64,000 nucleotides of DNA. Origin: Bacillota bacterium. GTDB taxonomy: Bacteria > Bacillota > Bacilli > Paenibacillales > JBEGSW01. The stretch spans positions 1,796 through 65,795 of the forward strand of contig JBEGSW010000056.1 of NCBI GenBank assembly GCA_041179705.1, given 5' to 3'. Shown here one piece after another: positions 62,850 to 64,000 of the stretch. The position numbers and the translations under genes are program-made. How positions within the stretch are numbered: position 1 is the first letter of the stretch; every line of letters begins with the position of its first letter. The notes below the pieces were generated by a model that saw only the letters and a list, made by a program, of their open reading frames with translations, was not told the origin of the DNA and made no database searches.

Positions 62850-62910
62850 ATTTGTTTACATCCCTTAAATGATGTAAGCGCATTCATTTTGTAATAGGAG
62901 GATTTAGACA

Positions 62911-63291
62911 ATGTTAATCGCTTATGATTCGATGACAGGTAATGTACAACGATTTGTTTCCAAATTAACAAGCAGCACCACAGTTAAAATTACCGATGAT
63001 CTTGTTATTAACGAGCCATTCGTACTAATCACCTATACGATTGGATTTGGGAATGTACCTGAAAGCACTTTAAACTTTCTAAAGAAGAACTATGCACATC
63101 TTAAAGGGGTAGCAGCAAGCGGCAACCGCAACTGGGGCGAATTTTTTGGGAGATCCGGAAAATTAATTTCAGGGCAATACAAAGTCCCTCTTATTCACAC
63201 TTTTGAATTATCGGGCACAGATCAAGATTTAAGTATTTTTTATGAGGGGGTCAATCAACTTGCAAGAGACACAAATTACGTCAATGCCTAA
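62911..63291 (+). CDS. nrdI: Class Ib RNR flavodoxin NrdI
   Basis: MLIAYDSMTGNVQRFVSKL..., GNRNWGEFF. RBS TAGGAGG. Overlaps the nrdE start. Confidence 0.9.
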   Translation: MLIAYDSMTGNVQRFVSKLTSSTTVKITDDLVINEPFVLITYTIGFGNVPESTLNFLKKNYAHLKGVAASGNRNWGEFFGRSGKLISGQYKVPLIHTFELSGTDQDLSIFYEGVNQLARDTNYVNA

Positions 63292-64000
63292 ATGGATTGA
63301 ATTAAACAATGAAATCATGATTCAGAAAGACAATCAATTTCAATTCCAAAAGGACAAAGAAGCAGTAAAAAGCTACTTTATCGACCATATCAATCAGAAC
63401 ACCGTTTTCTTCCATGATCTTAAGGAACAATTAGATTATTTGATTGAAAATGAATATTACGATAAAGAGATGTTAGATAAATATACGTATGAACAAATTA
63501 AAGCGGTATTTAAATTAGCCTATGCTAAAAAATTCCGTTTCCCTTCATACATGAGTGCTTTCAAGTTCTATAATGATTATGCACTTCGAACAAATGATAA
63601 ATCGAAGATTTTAGAAAGATACGAAGACCGTTTGTCAATTATGGCTCTATTCCTAGCTGATGGAGATTTTGAGAAAGCTAAGGAATTAATCGAAGTTCTT
63701 ATTAATCAAGAATTCCAACCTGCAACACCTACTATGCTAAATGCAGGTCGAGCGCGTGGTGGCGAATTGGTTTCTTGTTTCTTATTAGAAGTAAATGATT
63801 CACTTAACGATATTTCGAAAGCAATGGATTTATCCATGCAACTTTCCAAAATCGGTGGTGGTGTTGGTCTTAATTTAAGTAAAATCCGTGCCAAAGGGGA
63901 ACCGATTAAGGGGATCATGAATGCCACTAAAGGTGTCGTTGGCGTAATGAAATTATTAGATAACGCATTCCGTTATGCAGATCAAATGGGCCAACGTCAA
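63260..64000 (+). CDS. nrdE: Class Ib ribonucleotide reductase alpha subunit NrdE, N-terminal 247 codons (runs off the right edge)
   Basis: Not in the ORF track (no stop in window). PKWIELNNEIMIQKDNQFQF...FRFPSYMSAFKFYNDYALRTND...NAGRARGGELVSCFLLEVNDSLNDI...GVVGVMKLLDNAFRYADQMGQRQ is near-collinear with remembered B. subtilis NrdE. TTG at 63260 lies 9 nt after GAGGGGG; the ATG at 63284 is an alternative start. Confidence 0.92.
   Translation, partial: MQETQITSMPKWIELNNEIMIQKDNQFQFQKDKEAVKSYFIDHINQNTVFFHDLKEQLDYLIENEYYDKEMLDKYTYEQIKAVFKLAYAKKFRFPSYMSAFKFYNDYALRTNDKSKILERYEDRLSIMALFLADGDFEKAKELIEVLINQEFQPATPTMLNAGRARGGELVSCFLLEVNDSLNDISKAMDLSMQLSKIGGGVGLNLSKIRAKGEPIKGIMNATKGVVGVMKLLDNAFRYADQMGQRQ

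Noticed and set aside
62717-62910. Cobalamin riboswitch in the nrdI leader, by analogy with B12 control of class I RNR in actinomycetes
   Set aside because: A GGGAAG is present, but the B12-box and the GGTG..AATCC / GCCACTG core are absent. The leader is also too short for the aptamer plus expression platform.

Overview
This looks like a core-chromosome segment of a low-GC Gram-positive bacterium. Gene content and local synteny are Bacillales-like: lipM, a yqhH/yqhG-type helicase pair, a yqzE-like gene, ytxG/ytxH-type genes, cshA, ytpB, bdbC, fer and tpx. All protein identifications come from reading the supplied translations and recalling family motifs; no searches were run. I count about 65 protein genes, mostly housekeeping. 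They include class II (nrdJ) and class Ib (nrdI-nrdE, truncated at the right edge) ribonucleotide reductases, each with paired NrdR boxes. There is a Leloir operon (ROK regulator-galK-galE-galT), plus xpt, class 2 pyrD, a YjbM/RelQ-type alarmone synthetase, cimA, pfkA, pepF, murI, eda, several peptidases and several transporters. There are two ammonium-transporter loci. I saw no rRNA, tRNA, IS/transposase, prophage, defence island or CRISPR array. One RNA gene is supported: a 6S RNA on the minus strand at about 30150-30333, with its own promoter and terminator; an ORF-track entry covering it is spurious. I added several features missing from the ORF track: a GTG-start GH13 fragment at the left edge, nrdE at the right edge and several micro-ORFs. 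Many ORF-track N-termini were trimmed to starts that have a Shine-Dalgarno sequence. Four loci deserve the most follow-up. (1) A tightly coupled minus-strand operon at 56.8-61.9 kb encodes a DUF2805/TIGR03643-like protein, an ABC1/UbiB kinase, an orphan 79-aa protein, a Cry-DASH, a divergent photolyase-family flavoprotein and a 25-aa CDGSH-like micro-ORF, all behind a dyad-containing promoter. (2) An amt / DUF294 nucleotidyltransferase / DEDDh exonuclease operon lacks a PII gene, in contrast to the canonical glnK-amtB locus 20 kb away. Both have perfect TGTNA-N7-TNACA boxes just downstream of their predicted promoters. (3) A single ORF fuses an RsuA-type pseudouridine synthase to a Cof-type HAD hydrolase. 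(4) A terminator-like hairpin lies inside the nrdI-nrdE leader.
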